Shown here in pieces: positions 38,424 through 47,049 of a stretch of 64,000 nucleotides of DNA; within the stretch, counting starts at the first letter, position 1; each line of letters begins with the position of its first letter. The stretch is from Candidatus Nomurabacteria bacterium. Its GTDB lineage: Bacteria > Patescibacteriota > Saccharimonadia > Saccharimonadales > VXPC01. Position numbers and translations under genes: made by a program. The notes beneath the pieces are model-generated. The model had not been told where the DNA came from and did not search any database. It saw nothing but the letters and a program-made list of their open reading frames with translations. The stretch lies in the NCBI GenBank assembly GCA_020631905.1, contig JACKGQ010000001.1, positions 613,854 to 677,853 of the forward strand. Direction: 5' to 3'.

Positions 38424-40514
38424 CTAATTTTTGCGTGAATTTTTAGCAACAATCGCTTCGGCAACATTGCCGGGGACCTCTTGGTAGTTGTGAAGTTCCA
38501 TGCTGCTAGCTGCGCGACCTTGAGTCATCGAACGTAAGTCGGTTGTGTAGCCAAACATTTCGGCAAGCGGCACATAGGCATCAACAACCTTGGCCCCAAA
38601 CCGGTCGTCCATGGCTTCGACACGACCACGACGGCTATTAATATCACCAATCACATCACCCATAAACTCTTCGGGTGTTACTACTTCGACTTTCATAATT
38701 GGTTCGAGCAAGATTGGATTGGCTAGTTTAGCCGCCGCCTGAAAGCCCATGCTACCGGCGATCTTAAAGGCCATTTCGCTCGAGTCGACTTCGTGGTAAG
38801 AACCATCGTAAAGAGTCGCCTTAATGTCGACCATTGGGTAGCCAGCAACTACACCACTAGTCATGGCTTCTTGCACACCGGCTTTAACTGCACTTATGTA
38901 TTCATTTGGAACTACACCGCCTTTGATGGCATCAACAAACTCAAAACCTGCACCAGCTTCTTGGGCATCGAGTCTTATCCAGACATCACCATATTGACCA
39001 CGCCCACCAGACTGACGGACGAACTTGCCTTGGGCTTCTGAACCACTCTTTTTGATAGTTTCACGGTAAGCAACCTGTGGCTGACCGATATTGGCCACCA
39101 CCCCAAACTCGCGTTTCATCCGATCGACCAGAATTTCTAGATGTAGCTCACCCATTCCACTTATAATTGTCTGGTTTGTTTCATCATCGACACTAACACG
39201 GAAAGTCGGATCTTCTTCGGCAAGTCGCTGCAAGGCATTACTCATTTTTTCTTGATCGGCTTTGGTAGCAGGCTCAATCGCAATACTTACAGGTGGTTCT
39301 GGGAACTCAATGCTTTCGAGTACAATTGTATGATTTACGTCTGTTAATGTGTTACCTGTAGTCGTGTTTTTTAAACCAACGATAGCCGCAATGTCGCCAG
39401 CCGTAACTTCTTCGAGATCTTCGCGTTTGTCGGCAAACATGCGTACGATACGGCCAACACGCTCTTTCTCGCCAGTAGCGTTATTGATTACATAACTGCC
39501 GCTCTTTAAGACACCAGAATAAACTCGCACAAATATCAATTTACCTACAAATGGGTCGGTGGCAATTTTAAAGGCTAGGCCGGCAAAAGGTTCGTCATCG
39601 CTCGGCTTGCGCTCGATCTCTTCGCCTGTTTTTGGGTGAGTACCCCAGTTTGAGCCACGATCGATCGGGCTTGGTAGGTAGTCGGTCATTAGGTCGAGGA
39701 CTTTTTCGACGATTACACCGCGGCCGTCACCACCAGTGGCAACATAAAACTGGCCACTCAAAGTAGCTGTACGGATAGCTTGTTTGATCTCGGCTTCGTT
39801 CAAGCCCTCTTCGCCTACTTCTAGGTAGCGTTCGAGCATGGCTTCGTCTTCGGCTACGGCATTTTCGATCAGTAAGCTACGATATTTTTTAGCCTCGTCG
39901 ACCATATCGGCAGGCACTTCGGCTTCGATAAGTTCTTTGTCGGCGAACTCCTTATAGGTATAAGCCTTCATAGTGATTAAATCGACCACACCGTTGATAC
40001 TTTGCTCAAAGCCAATAGGCAAATGAACAGGGAAAATTGCTTTGCTTAGACGTGCGTGCATGCTCTCAAGGCTTTTATAGAAATCACCACCAGTTTGGTT
40101 GATTTTGTTAATAAAACAGACTCGCGGTACGTTATATTTGTTCGCCTGTCTCCAAACTGTTTCTGTCTGAGCTTCGACACCCATTTTGCCATCAAATACA
40201 ACTACAGCACCATCTAGCACTCGCAACGAGCGCTCAACTTCGACTGTAAAGTCGATATGGCCTGGCGTATCGATAATGTTAATCTTCTTACCTTTCCAGT
40301 AGCAGGTGACCGCAGCCGAAGTAATCGTGATTCCACGTTCGCGTTCTTGCTCCATCCAGTCGGTAGTGGTTTCACCTTCGTGGACGGCACCAATCTTATG
40401 CTTTAAGCCTGTACGGTGCAAAATGCCTTCTGTAGTGGTGGTTTTACCGGCGTCGATATGGGCAATAATGCCAACGTTGCGGACGTCTTGGAGCTGATAT
40501 TTTTGTTGAGCCAT
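38424..40514 (-). CDS. fusA: elongation factor G
   Basis: It carries [20 protein letters not shown] and NKIN G-motifs and is 696 aa long. Confidence 0.99.
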   Translation of the reverse strand: MAQQKYQLQDVRNVGIIAHIDAGKTTTTEGILHRTGLKHKIGAVHEGETTTDWMEQERERGITITSAAVTCYWKGKKINIIDTPGHIDFTVEVERSLRVLDGAVVVFDGKMGVEAQTETVWRQANKYNVPRVCFINKINQTGGDFYKSLESMHARLSKAIFPVHLPIGFEQSINGVVDLITMKAYTYKEFADKELIEAEVPADMVDEAKKYRSLLIENAVAEDEAMLERYLEVGEEGLNEAEIKQAIRTATLSGQFYVATGGDGRGVIVEKVLDLMTDYLPSPIDRGSNWGTHPKTGEEIERKPSDDEPFAGLAFKIATDPFVGKLIFVRVYSGVLKSGSYVINNATGEKERVGRIVRMFADKREDLEEVTAGDIAAIVGLKNTTTGNTLTDVNHTIVLESIEFPEPPVSIAIEPATKADQEKMSNALQRLAEEDPTFRVSVDDETNQTIISGMGELHLEILVDRMKREFGVVANIGQPQVAYRETIKKSGSEAQGKFVRQSGGRGQYGDVWIRLDAQEAGAGFEFVDAIKGGVVPNEYISAVKAGVQEAMTSGVVAGYPMVDIKATLYDGSYHEVDSSEMAFKIAGSMGFQAAAKLANPILLEPIMKVEVVTPEEFMGDVIGDINSRRGRVEAMDDRFGAKVVDAYVPLAEMFGYTTDLRSMTQGRAASSMELHNYQEVPGNVAEAIVAKNSRKN

Positions 40515-40616
40515 GATATTTAAGATGTCTTCCCTATTATGTTACTTGTTTTTAGCCAAGAGGAGCAATACCTACAAGGCGTTTCTAGATTATCTTACAC
40601 TATTGTTAGCAATAAG

Positions 40617-41006
40617 TTAAGACTTAAAACCAGTTACAGGTCTACGGACAATCAAGCGCATATCATCGTTAAGGCTTTCTGTATCACCTATTGCCAGAGA
40701 AAGTATTCTACCGGTTGGCAGATTGCAGAATGTCCCATAACCTAACTCTGGTGGATTCGACTGATTCTGACGATTGCAGGTAGTGTTTTTGAGCCCGTTT
40801 AAAGATGTTTCGAGTTCGAGCATGAGTGCGTGTTTTCGCCGTGCTAGTGTTTCAGGAGAAAGCAACTGTTCGACTCTTTCAGATTCCTGAACTGCGATAG
40901 CTGCCTCGTAAACTTGAGGTAACTTACAACCAACACACGCTAATAACTTTATTTTAGTCAGAACATCGCGCATTGCTTTCGGAGTCGGTGCTTCACCTAT
41001 ATTCAT
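40617..41006 (-). CDS. orphan hypothetical protein between rpsG and fusA
   Basis: The 129-aa ORF is preceded by TTGCTA-18-TATATT only 8 nt from the ATG (near-leaderless), with no Shine-Dalgarno. No motif recognised. Confidence 0.45.
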   Translation of the reverse strand: MNIGEAPTPKAMRDVLTKIKLLACVGCKLPQVYEAAIAVQESERVEQLLSPETLARRKHALMLELETSLNGLKNTTCNRQNQSNPPELGYGTFCNLPTGRILSLAIGDTESLNDDMRLIVRRPVTGFKS

Positions 41007-41058
41007 ATCGTAAATAATATATCAGCTAGATTGCAAGTTTAGCAATAGTTAAACTTAA

Positions 41059-41694
41059 TTAGGCTTTATTAAATACAGATCTTATTTTTACCACGACACT
41101 GCGAATACCTCGGGGGACAGTCGGTTGGTTTTGGAGCGCACTTACTTGCTGGCAAGTTTCTGCGTATAAGCTTCTTTCAGCACAGAGCTCTGGATGCAGC
41201 CTAGCGGCGCTTGTATTGCCGTGCATGATAGCTTGCGCCCGAACTCGACCATCACGTGCAAGTTGTTCCGAAAATCCATATGTTTCGCCTTCTCTAAAGT
41301 CGGCCAATGTAAAAACTCGGCTGGTTGCCACTCTCGCCGGACAGACAAAATTTGGCCTATTCGGGCATCTAAGTAGTGGGTCATACGCATCTTTACCTAA
41401 AAATGCAAAGTTTCCAGTCTTGAGCAGGTTAAGGTGAGTTTGTATGCCTTGCTGAAAATCTCGACTGCACGCATGGTAGCCGATGGCGTATATTAGCCTT
41501 TCACGACCATCATTATCGGTCGGATCATCAACTACTTCGCCAGTGAAAGGGTTGTACGCACACAGGCTTTTTTCGACCAATTCTCTAGCTAGCCTAAAGT
41601 AGATATCGGTTGCAGATTCACCTACGGTTTGCTTTGGTGCCGCGAAAAATACTTCACCAATATTGGTCAGTCTGTCTGATACTCTTTTGGCCAT
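41059..41694 (-). CDS. orphan Cys-rich hypothetical protein translationally coupled to rpsG
   Basis: The 211-aa ORF has an ATG overlapping the S7 stop as TAATG (41692-41696), the same architecture as genuine r-protein pairs here. It has 6 Cys. No motif recognised. Confidence 0.65.
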   Translation of the reverse strand: MAKRVSDRLTNIGEVFFAAPKQTVGESATDIYFRLARELVEKSLCAYNPFTGEVVDDPTDNDGRERLIYAIGYHACSRDFQQGIQTHLNLLKTGNFAFLGKDAYDPLLRCPNRPNFVCPARVATSRVFTLADFREGETYGFSEQLARDGRVRAQAIMHGNTSAARLHPELCAERSLYAETCQQVSALQNQPTVPRGIRSVVVKIRSVFNKA

Positions 41695-42173
41695 TACGAC
41701 CTTGCAAAATGAGCGAAGGCGCGGTTGCTTTCGGCCATCTTATGAGTGTCTTCTTTTTTCTTGACGGCTGTACCAGTATTGTTGAAAGCATCAACGATTT
41801 CTAGGCTCAAGCGCTTAGCCATCGGGATTCCTTTGCGACCGCGTGCAGCAGCGACGAACCACATTAGGGTTAGGTGAGTTTGACGTTGGCCCTTTACCTC
41901 AAAAGGTATCTGGTAGTTGGCACCACCGACTCGACGTGACCGAGTCTCGAGACTTGGCTTAACGTTGTCGAGAGCTTTGATCAAGACTTCGAGAGGATCT
42001 TTTTCTTTTAATGTTTTGGCAGCCTGCTCCATAGCTTCGTAAACTAGCTTTTCGGCTAACTGCTTTTTACCGTGCAACATAACTTTGTTAATTAATCTTT
42101 GAACCAACACAGATTCGTACATTCGATCTGGTTTGATATCTCGGACTAGGCTTTTAGTTACTTTTCTTGGCAT
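41694..42173 (-). CDS. rpsG: 30S ribosomal protein S7
   Basis: It contains MPRK......R.I.PD..Y and ...AM.LV.AAR... Confidence 0.97.
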   Translation of the reverse strand: MPRKVTKSLVRDIKPDRMYESVLVQRLINKVMLHGKKQLAEKLVYEAMEQAAKTLKEKDPLEVLIKALDNVKPSLETRSRRVGGANYQIPFEVKGQRQTHLTLMWFVAAARGRKGIPMAKRLSLEIVDAFNNTGTAVKKKEDTHKMAESNRAFAHFARS

Positions 42174-42495
42174 GGAAACTTCCTTTATTTGCGTGAAGAA
42201 TTTGAGAGCGGTAATTCGTTGTATCTCTGCGGCAAGATTTACTTCTACGTACTACTTGTACGCATCCGAATCTGTGCTCGTGATCCATACAAATTACCCT
42301 TGGCTCAAATGCATCACTTTACATCAAGAAATGATGGTTATTAATGATTTCTCTATAATCAAAGATCTGGGATCTATGATCGAATAGATTATCTAGGCTC
42401 TAGATTCGACAATTCTGAGTTCTACACTAGAACTACTGAAGTTATGTCTAGGCTTAGACCCTAGCGTAAGAGCGGTTAAGCTCAAACGTCAGTCT

Positions 42496-42756
42496 CTAAG
42501 CTGCTGTCTCTGGATCAATCTGGGTAGTGCGCTCTGCTAACCTTGCTTCGACCACTTTTAGCTGACAGATGCCGGAGCACCTTAGGGCACTAACTCCCCT
42601 TCTGGTGTCGACATACAATGTGTTAGCGAGTTGCTGCTTGGCTTCGGCGGAAATAGTCGGTGCGAAAGAGCACTGTTCTCCGGTATCCGGGCAAACCCCA
42701 AGTAAATAGGCTGTATTAGCGTTTGTGACTGCAATTGGTCCGGATTCGCGCGACAT
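42496..42756 (-). CDS. orphan small Cys4 protein abutting the rpsL stop
   Basis: The 86-aa ORF has an ATG (42754-42756) immediately following the S12 TAG (42757-42759). Cys spacing is C-x7-C ... C-x3-C. No motif recognised. Confidence 0.5.
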   Translation of the reverse strand: MSRESGPIAVTNANTAYLLGVCPDTGEQCSFAPTISAEAKQQLANTLYVDTRRGVSALRCSGICQLKVVEARLAERTTQIDPETAA

Positions 42757-43164
42757 CTAGGCTTTCTTGGCGCCGTATTTACTACGAGCACTTTTACGAT
42801 CGGAAACACCCTGAAGATCTAGGTGACCACGCACAACGTGGTAGCGGACACCCGGCAAATCTGGCACACGACCACCACGGATCATCACTACGGCGTGCTC
42901 TTGTAGGTTGTGGCCTTCGCCAGGGATGTAGGCCCAGACTTCGTGACCATTGACTAGTCGGACTCGGGCAACTTTGCGGAGGGCTGAGTTTGGTTTTTTA
43001 GGAGTTTTTGTAGTTACTTTTACGCAAACACCTCGTTTGAATGGTGCCGACTTTTCGTAAACAGTTGTTGTTAAACTGTTGGTAACCCGATGAAGTGCGG
43101 GTGATTTTGACTTAGCTTTAGTGGCCTTTCTTGGCTTTCGAACTAACTGATTGATCGTAGGCAC
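42757..43164 (-). CDS. rpsL: 30S ribosomal protein S12
   Basis: It contains [28 protein letters not shown] and [15 protein letters not shown]. Confidence 0.99.
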   Translation of the reverse strand: MPTINQLVRKPRKATKAKSKSPALHRVTNSLTTTVYEKSAPFKRGVCVKVTTKTPKKPNSALRKVARVRLVNGHEVWAYIPGEGHNLQEHAVVMIRGGRVPDLPGVRYHVVRGHLDLQGVSDRKSARSKYGAKKA

Positions 43165-43226
43165 GCTAATATGTCTCCTGCTTAATTTGTTTGATTGTCA
43201 TTCGATTGCCTATCTTAACATTGAGA

Positions 43227-46200
43227 CTATGCATTGTCAACCTCTGTCATATTGGCAAACTCTAATTCAGACTCTTCGGGCTGAACACCTGTTCCAACTG
43301 GTATTTTACGTCCCAAAATCACGTTTTCTTTTAAGCCTCTTAGGTGGTCAATCTTGCCACTTGTAGCTGCGCTAATCAGAACTCTAGTTGTGTCTTGGAA
43401 ACTAGCTGCCGATAAGAAGCTGTCGCTCCAAGTACTAACCTTAGTAATTCCAAGCAGTAACTGGTTAAACTGAGCTGGCTGCTTGTTGTGCGCGACTAGT
43501 TCGGCATTGGCTGCTACAACCGCAGCTTTGCTGACAATATCACCATTTACAAACTCTGTGTCACCGGCTTCTTCGATCTGAACTCGGCTAAACATTTGGC
43601 GGATAACTACCTCTAAATGTTTATCGGATACGTGTCGACCTTGGAGTGCAAACACACGACTAATTTCGGTCAAGATATAGCGTTGAGTGGCCTCGACACC
43701 TTTAAGCGCCATTAATTCTTGGAGATTAATCGAACCGCTAGTCAGTCGATCACCAGCCTCTACAGAGTCACCTTCGCTTACTAGTACCTGCTTGAATCCT
43801 GGGATTTCATAGCGGGCAGTGCTTTCGGTGCTTGGAGTAAGAATCAGTTTGTCTTTGGCTACTTCGACCAATCCGCTGGCAGGTGCAGTTAATGGTCGCT
43901 CGCCTTTTTTATCACTAGCGATGACATCACCAGCTAGTACGGTGCTACCACTAGCAACTTGAGCTTTTCGACCTTCTAAAGCGACCTCGACTGGTTGAAC
44001 ATCTGCGCCAGTCACCTGGACTACATAATGATCGCCATCTTCCCAGACTTTTACCTTACCCGAAACCTGACTTAAGTAAGCCATACCTTTTGGTGCGCGG
44101 GCTTCAAACAACTCTTCGACACGATTTAGTCCAGTCGAAGTTTCATCGGATATGCTAGCTGCACCACCGGTGTGTTTAGAGTCTAGAGACAGCTGTGTAC
44201 CTGGCTCACCAATACTCTGGGCGGCAATCACACCTACAGGGTGATTAATCGCTACTAAGTGACCGGTTGCTGGGTCGATTCCATAGCTTTTTGCAGGGAT
44301 TCCATTTAGATTTGGAGTCGAAAGTACGCTCTGAATTCTAACAGTCTTGATATTTTCATCTTCGTGGATGGCATCGGCCATTTCTTTTGTTACTAGATCA
44401 CCATGCTTGCCATGACCTTTAACGTCTTCGGCAAGGTAACGGCCAACTAATCGACTACCGAACATAATACCTATGTCTTCGGAGTCTGAGCGGTACATTG
44501 GGAAACCTTTGTCGTCAAGGCTGTCGTCTTCGATTGTAAAGACATCCTGGCTAACGTCGACTAGACGGCGTGTCAGGTAGCCTGAGTCTGCGGTACGTAG
44601 GGCGATATCAACCAGTGTCTTACGTGCACCACGTGTTGAAATGAAATATTCCAATGTTGGCAAACCATGTAAGAAGTTGCCATTAACAGGCAGCTCAATG
44701 GCTCGGCCAGTAGTATCTGCAAGCACGCCAACAGAGCCGGCGACCGATTTTACCTGTCCAGCGTTACCACGAGCACCAGATAATACAGCCACAGACATAG
44801 CTGTATCTGTCTTACTGAACTGTTCGGTCACGATTGCTTGAATCTGGTTGTTGATATCAAACCAGTTATCAACCGTTAAGCGATAGCGTTCGTCGTCGGT
44901 AATGAAGCCATGTTCGTACTGTTCGGAAATTTTGGCTGTTTTCTCGGCACCTTCTTTTAGTTTTGCGTCGACACCTTCGATTTCTGGGAAGTCGCCCATA
45001 CCCATCGATAGTCCGGAGCGAGTGGCATATTCAAATGCCATGTTTTTTAGATCGTCGGCAATTTTTGCAGTAGTTTCAGAGCCATACATATCGTAAACAA
45101 GTGCCATAACTTTCTGGATGTTCTTCTTGTTCATCACCTCATTTTGATATGGGAAATCTTCTGGGAATAGCTCGTTGAACAGCACCCGACCAAGTGTAGT
45201 TTCATGAACTTGACCACGGAATCGTATAGTAATTGGCGACTGCCATTGGATTATTTCTTGATCTCTGGCAAAAATTGCTTCTTCGATACTCGAGTAAGCA
45301 CGTCGCTTATGTTCAGGATATTTATCGTAGGTCATGTAATATGCGCCTAGAACGATATCTTGTTCGATGTGTAAGATTGGTGAGCTGTCGGCTGGGTGAA
45401 GCAAGTTCTTGCTAGCAACCATTAACTCACGGGCTTCTTTCTGGGCAGCGTCGGATAGTGGTAGGTGAACAGCCATCTGGTCACCATCGAAGTCAGCGTT
45501 GAAGCCTTTGCAGACTAGCGGATGGAGCTGAACGGCTTTACCTTCGACCAAACGAGGCCGGAAAGCCTGGACACTCAAACGGTGCAAGCTCGGTGCGCGG
45601 TTAAGCAGTACATATTTGCCTTCGATTACGGCGTCTAGGGCGTCCCAAACTTCGGTTTCGCCTGATTCAATCATTCGAGTTGCACTCCGAATGTTGTGCG
45701 CTTGCTCTAGTTCGATCAATCGACCGATTACAAATGGCTTGAAGAGTTCTAGGGCCATCATCTTAGGCAGACCGCATTCATCCATACGCAGTTCTGGGCC
45801 AGCTACAATTACTGAACGACCAGAGTAGTCAACACGCTTACCGAGTAAGTTTTGGCGGAAACGACCTTGTTTACCTTTAAGTAGGTCGGCTAAACTCTTG
45901 AGCTTACGGCGCTGACCGTTGGTGCTAACCGAGCGTCCAGCTCGCGAAGCGTTGTTGTCGATCAATGCATCGACTGCTTCCTGAAGCATACGCATTTCGT
46001 TGCGACGAATAACTTCTGGGGCCTTAAGCTCGTTGAGTTTCTTGAGACGATTGTTACGGTTAATTACGCGGCGGTAAAGATCGTTAAGGTCACTGGTGGC
46101 AAATCGTCCACCGGTTAGTTGAACCATCGGACGTAGATCGGGTGGGATGACTGGCAAAACTGTTAAGCACATGTCGACAGGGGAAATACCAGCGCGTTTC

Positions 46201-47048
46201 ATACTCTCGAGTGTTCGGAGTCGCTTAAGAATCTTTTTCTTGCGTTGGCCTTTTGTGGTTTCGGCTTCGGCACTTAAATCTGTAATCAGTTGATCAACAT
46301 CAATACTTTCAAGCAGTCCTTTTATGGCTTCGCCACCCATAGAAACTTCGATTAGCTCGGCATACTCGTCTGGTAATTTGCGATAATCAGTCTCGTTGAT
46401 CATTGCGTGAAGCTGCAAGCTGTTTAGCTGTTCGCGAGCAACTTCGAAGTTTTCGGCTAACTCGTCGAGCTCTTTGGTGCGGGCTTCGGCTAATGCCTTC
46501 ACGTCTGCGTCTTCGGCTTCGGCAGCTTTTTCGTAGCGAATTTTAACAGCAGCTTGGGCGGCTTCGTACTCGGCTTCTACGTCGGCCAACATAGAATCGC
46601 GCTTTTCCAGATCGACTTTTAAGATCAAATATGAGGCAAAATAAACAATTCGCTCTAAGTTTTTAACTGTCATATTGGTGATTTGACCAATCGCACTTGG
46701 CGTACCTCGCAAGAACCAGATATGTGTAACTGGTGCAGCTAAAGTAATATGCCCCATTCGTTCGCGACGGACAATCGACTTTGTGACTAGTTCGCCGTTT
46801 TTATCGACAGCTGCTTCACGTGAACGGATGCCTTTGTATTTGCTGTCGTTTGGATTGATATCTTTAACTGGTCCAAAAATCTTTTCGCAGAATAGACCAT
46901 CCTTTTCTGGTTTTTGGGTCCGGTAGTTGATGGTTTCAGGTTTAAGCACCTCGCCATGCGACCAGTCTAAGATGTTGTTTGCACTAGCAACTGCTAAGCG
47001 GACGGCGTCGAAGTCGGAAAAACTTGTGCCTTGCGTAACGTTTCTCAT
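43227..47048 (-). CDS. rpoC: DNA-directed RNA polymerase beta' subunit
   Basis: It carries the NADFDGDQM catalytic motif. The start is the ATG at 47048, which has a GAGGAGG Shine-Dalgarno within the rpoB 3' end. Confidence 0.98.
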   Translation of the reverse strand: MRNVTQGTSFSDFDAVRLAVASANNILDWSHGEVLKPETINYRTQKPEKDGLFCEKIFGPVKDINPNDSKYKGIRSREAAVDKNGELVTKSIVRRERMGHITLAAPVTHIWFLRGTPSAIGQITNMTVKNLERIVYFASYLILKVDLEKRDSMLADVEAEYEAAQAAVKIRYEKAAEAEDADVKALAEARTKELDELAENFEVAREQLNSLQLHAMINETDYRKLPDEYAELIEVSMGGEAIKGLLESIDVDQLITDLSAEAETTKGQRKKKILKRLRTLESMKRAGISPVDMCLTVLPVIPPDLRPMVQLTGGRFATSDLNDLYRRVINRNNRLKKLNELKAPEVIRRNEMRMLQEAVDALIDNNASRAGRSVSTNGQRRKLKSLADLLKGKQGRFRQNLLGKRVDYSGRSVIVAGPELRMDECGLPKMMALELFKPFVIGRLIELEQAHNIRSATRMIESGETEVWDALDAVIEGKYVLLNRAPSLHRLSVQAFRPRLVEGKAVQLHPLVCKGFNADFDGDQMAVHLPLSDAAQKEARELMVASKNLLHPADSSPILHIEQDIVLGAYYMTYDKYPEHKRRAYSSIEEAIFARDQEIIQWQSPITIRFRGQVHETTLGRVLFNELFPEDFPYQNEVMNKKNIQKVMALVYDMYGSETTAKIADDLKNMAFEYATRSGLSMGMGDFPEIEGVDAKLKEGAEKTAKISEQYEHGFITDDERYRLTVDNWFDINNQIQAIVTEQFSKTDTAMSVAVLSGARGNAGQVKSVAGSVGVLADTTGRAIELPVNGNFLHGLPTLEYFISTRGARKTLVDIALRTADSGYLTRRLVDVSQDVFTIEDDSLDDKGFPMYRSDSEDIGIMFGSRLVGRYLAEDVKGHGKHGDLVTKEMADAIHEDENIKTVRIQSVLSTPNLNGIPAKSYGIDPATGHLVAINHPVGVIAAQSIGEPGTQLSLDSKHTGGAASISDETSTGLNRVEELFEARAPKGMAYLSQVSGKVKVWEDGDHYVVQVTGADVQPVEVALEGRKAQVASGSTVLAGDVIASDKKGERPLTAPASGLVEVAKDKLILTPSTESTARYEIPGFKQVLVSEGDSVEAGDRLTSGSINLQELMALKGVEATQRYILTEISRVFALQGRHVSDKHLEVVIRQMFSRVQIEEAGDTEFVNGDIVSKAAVVAANAELVAHNKQPAQFNQLLLGITKVSTWSDSFLSAASFQDTTRVLISAATSGKIDHLRGLKENVILGRKIPVGTGVQPEESELEFANMTEVDNA

Positions 47049-47049
47049 T

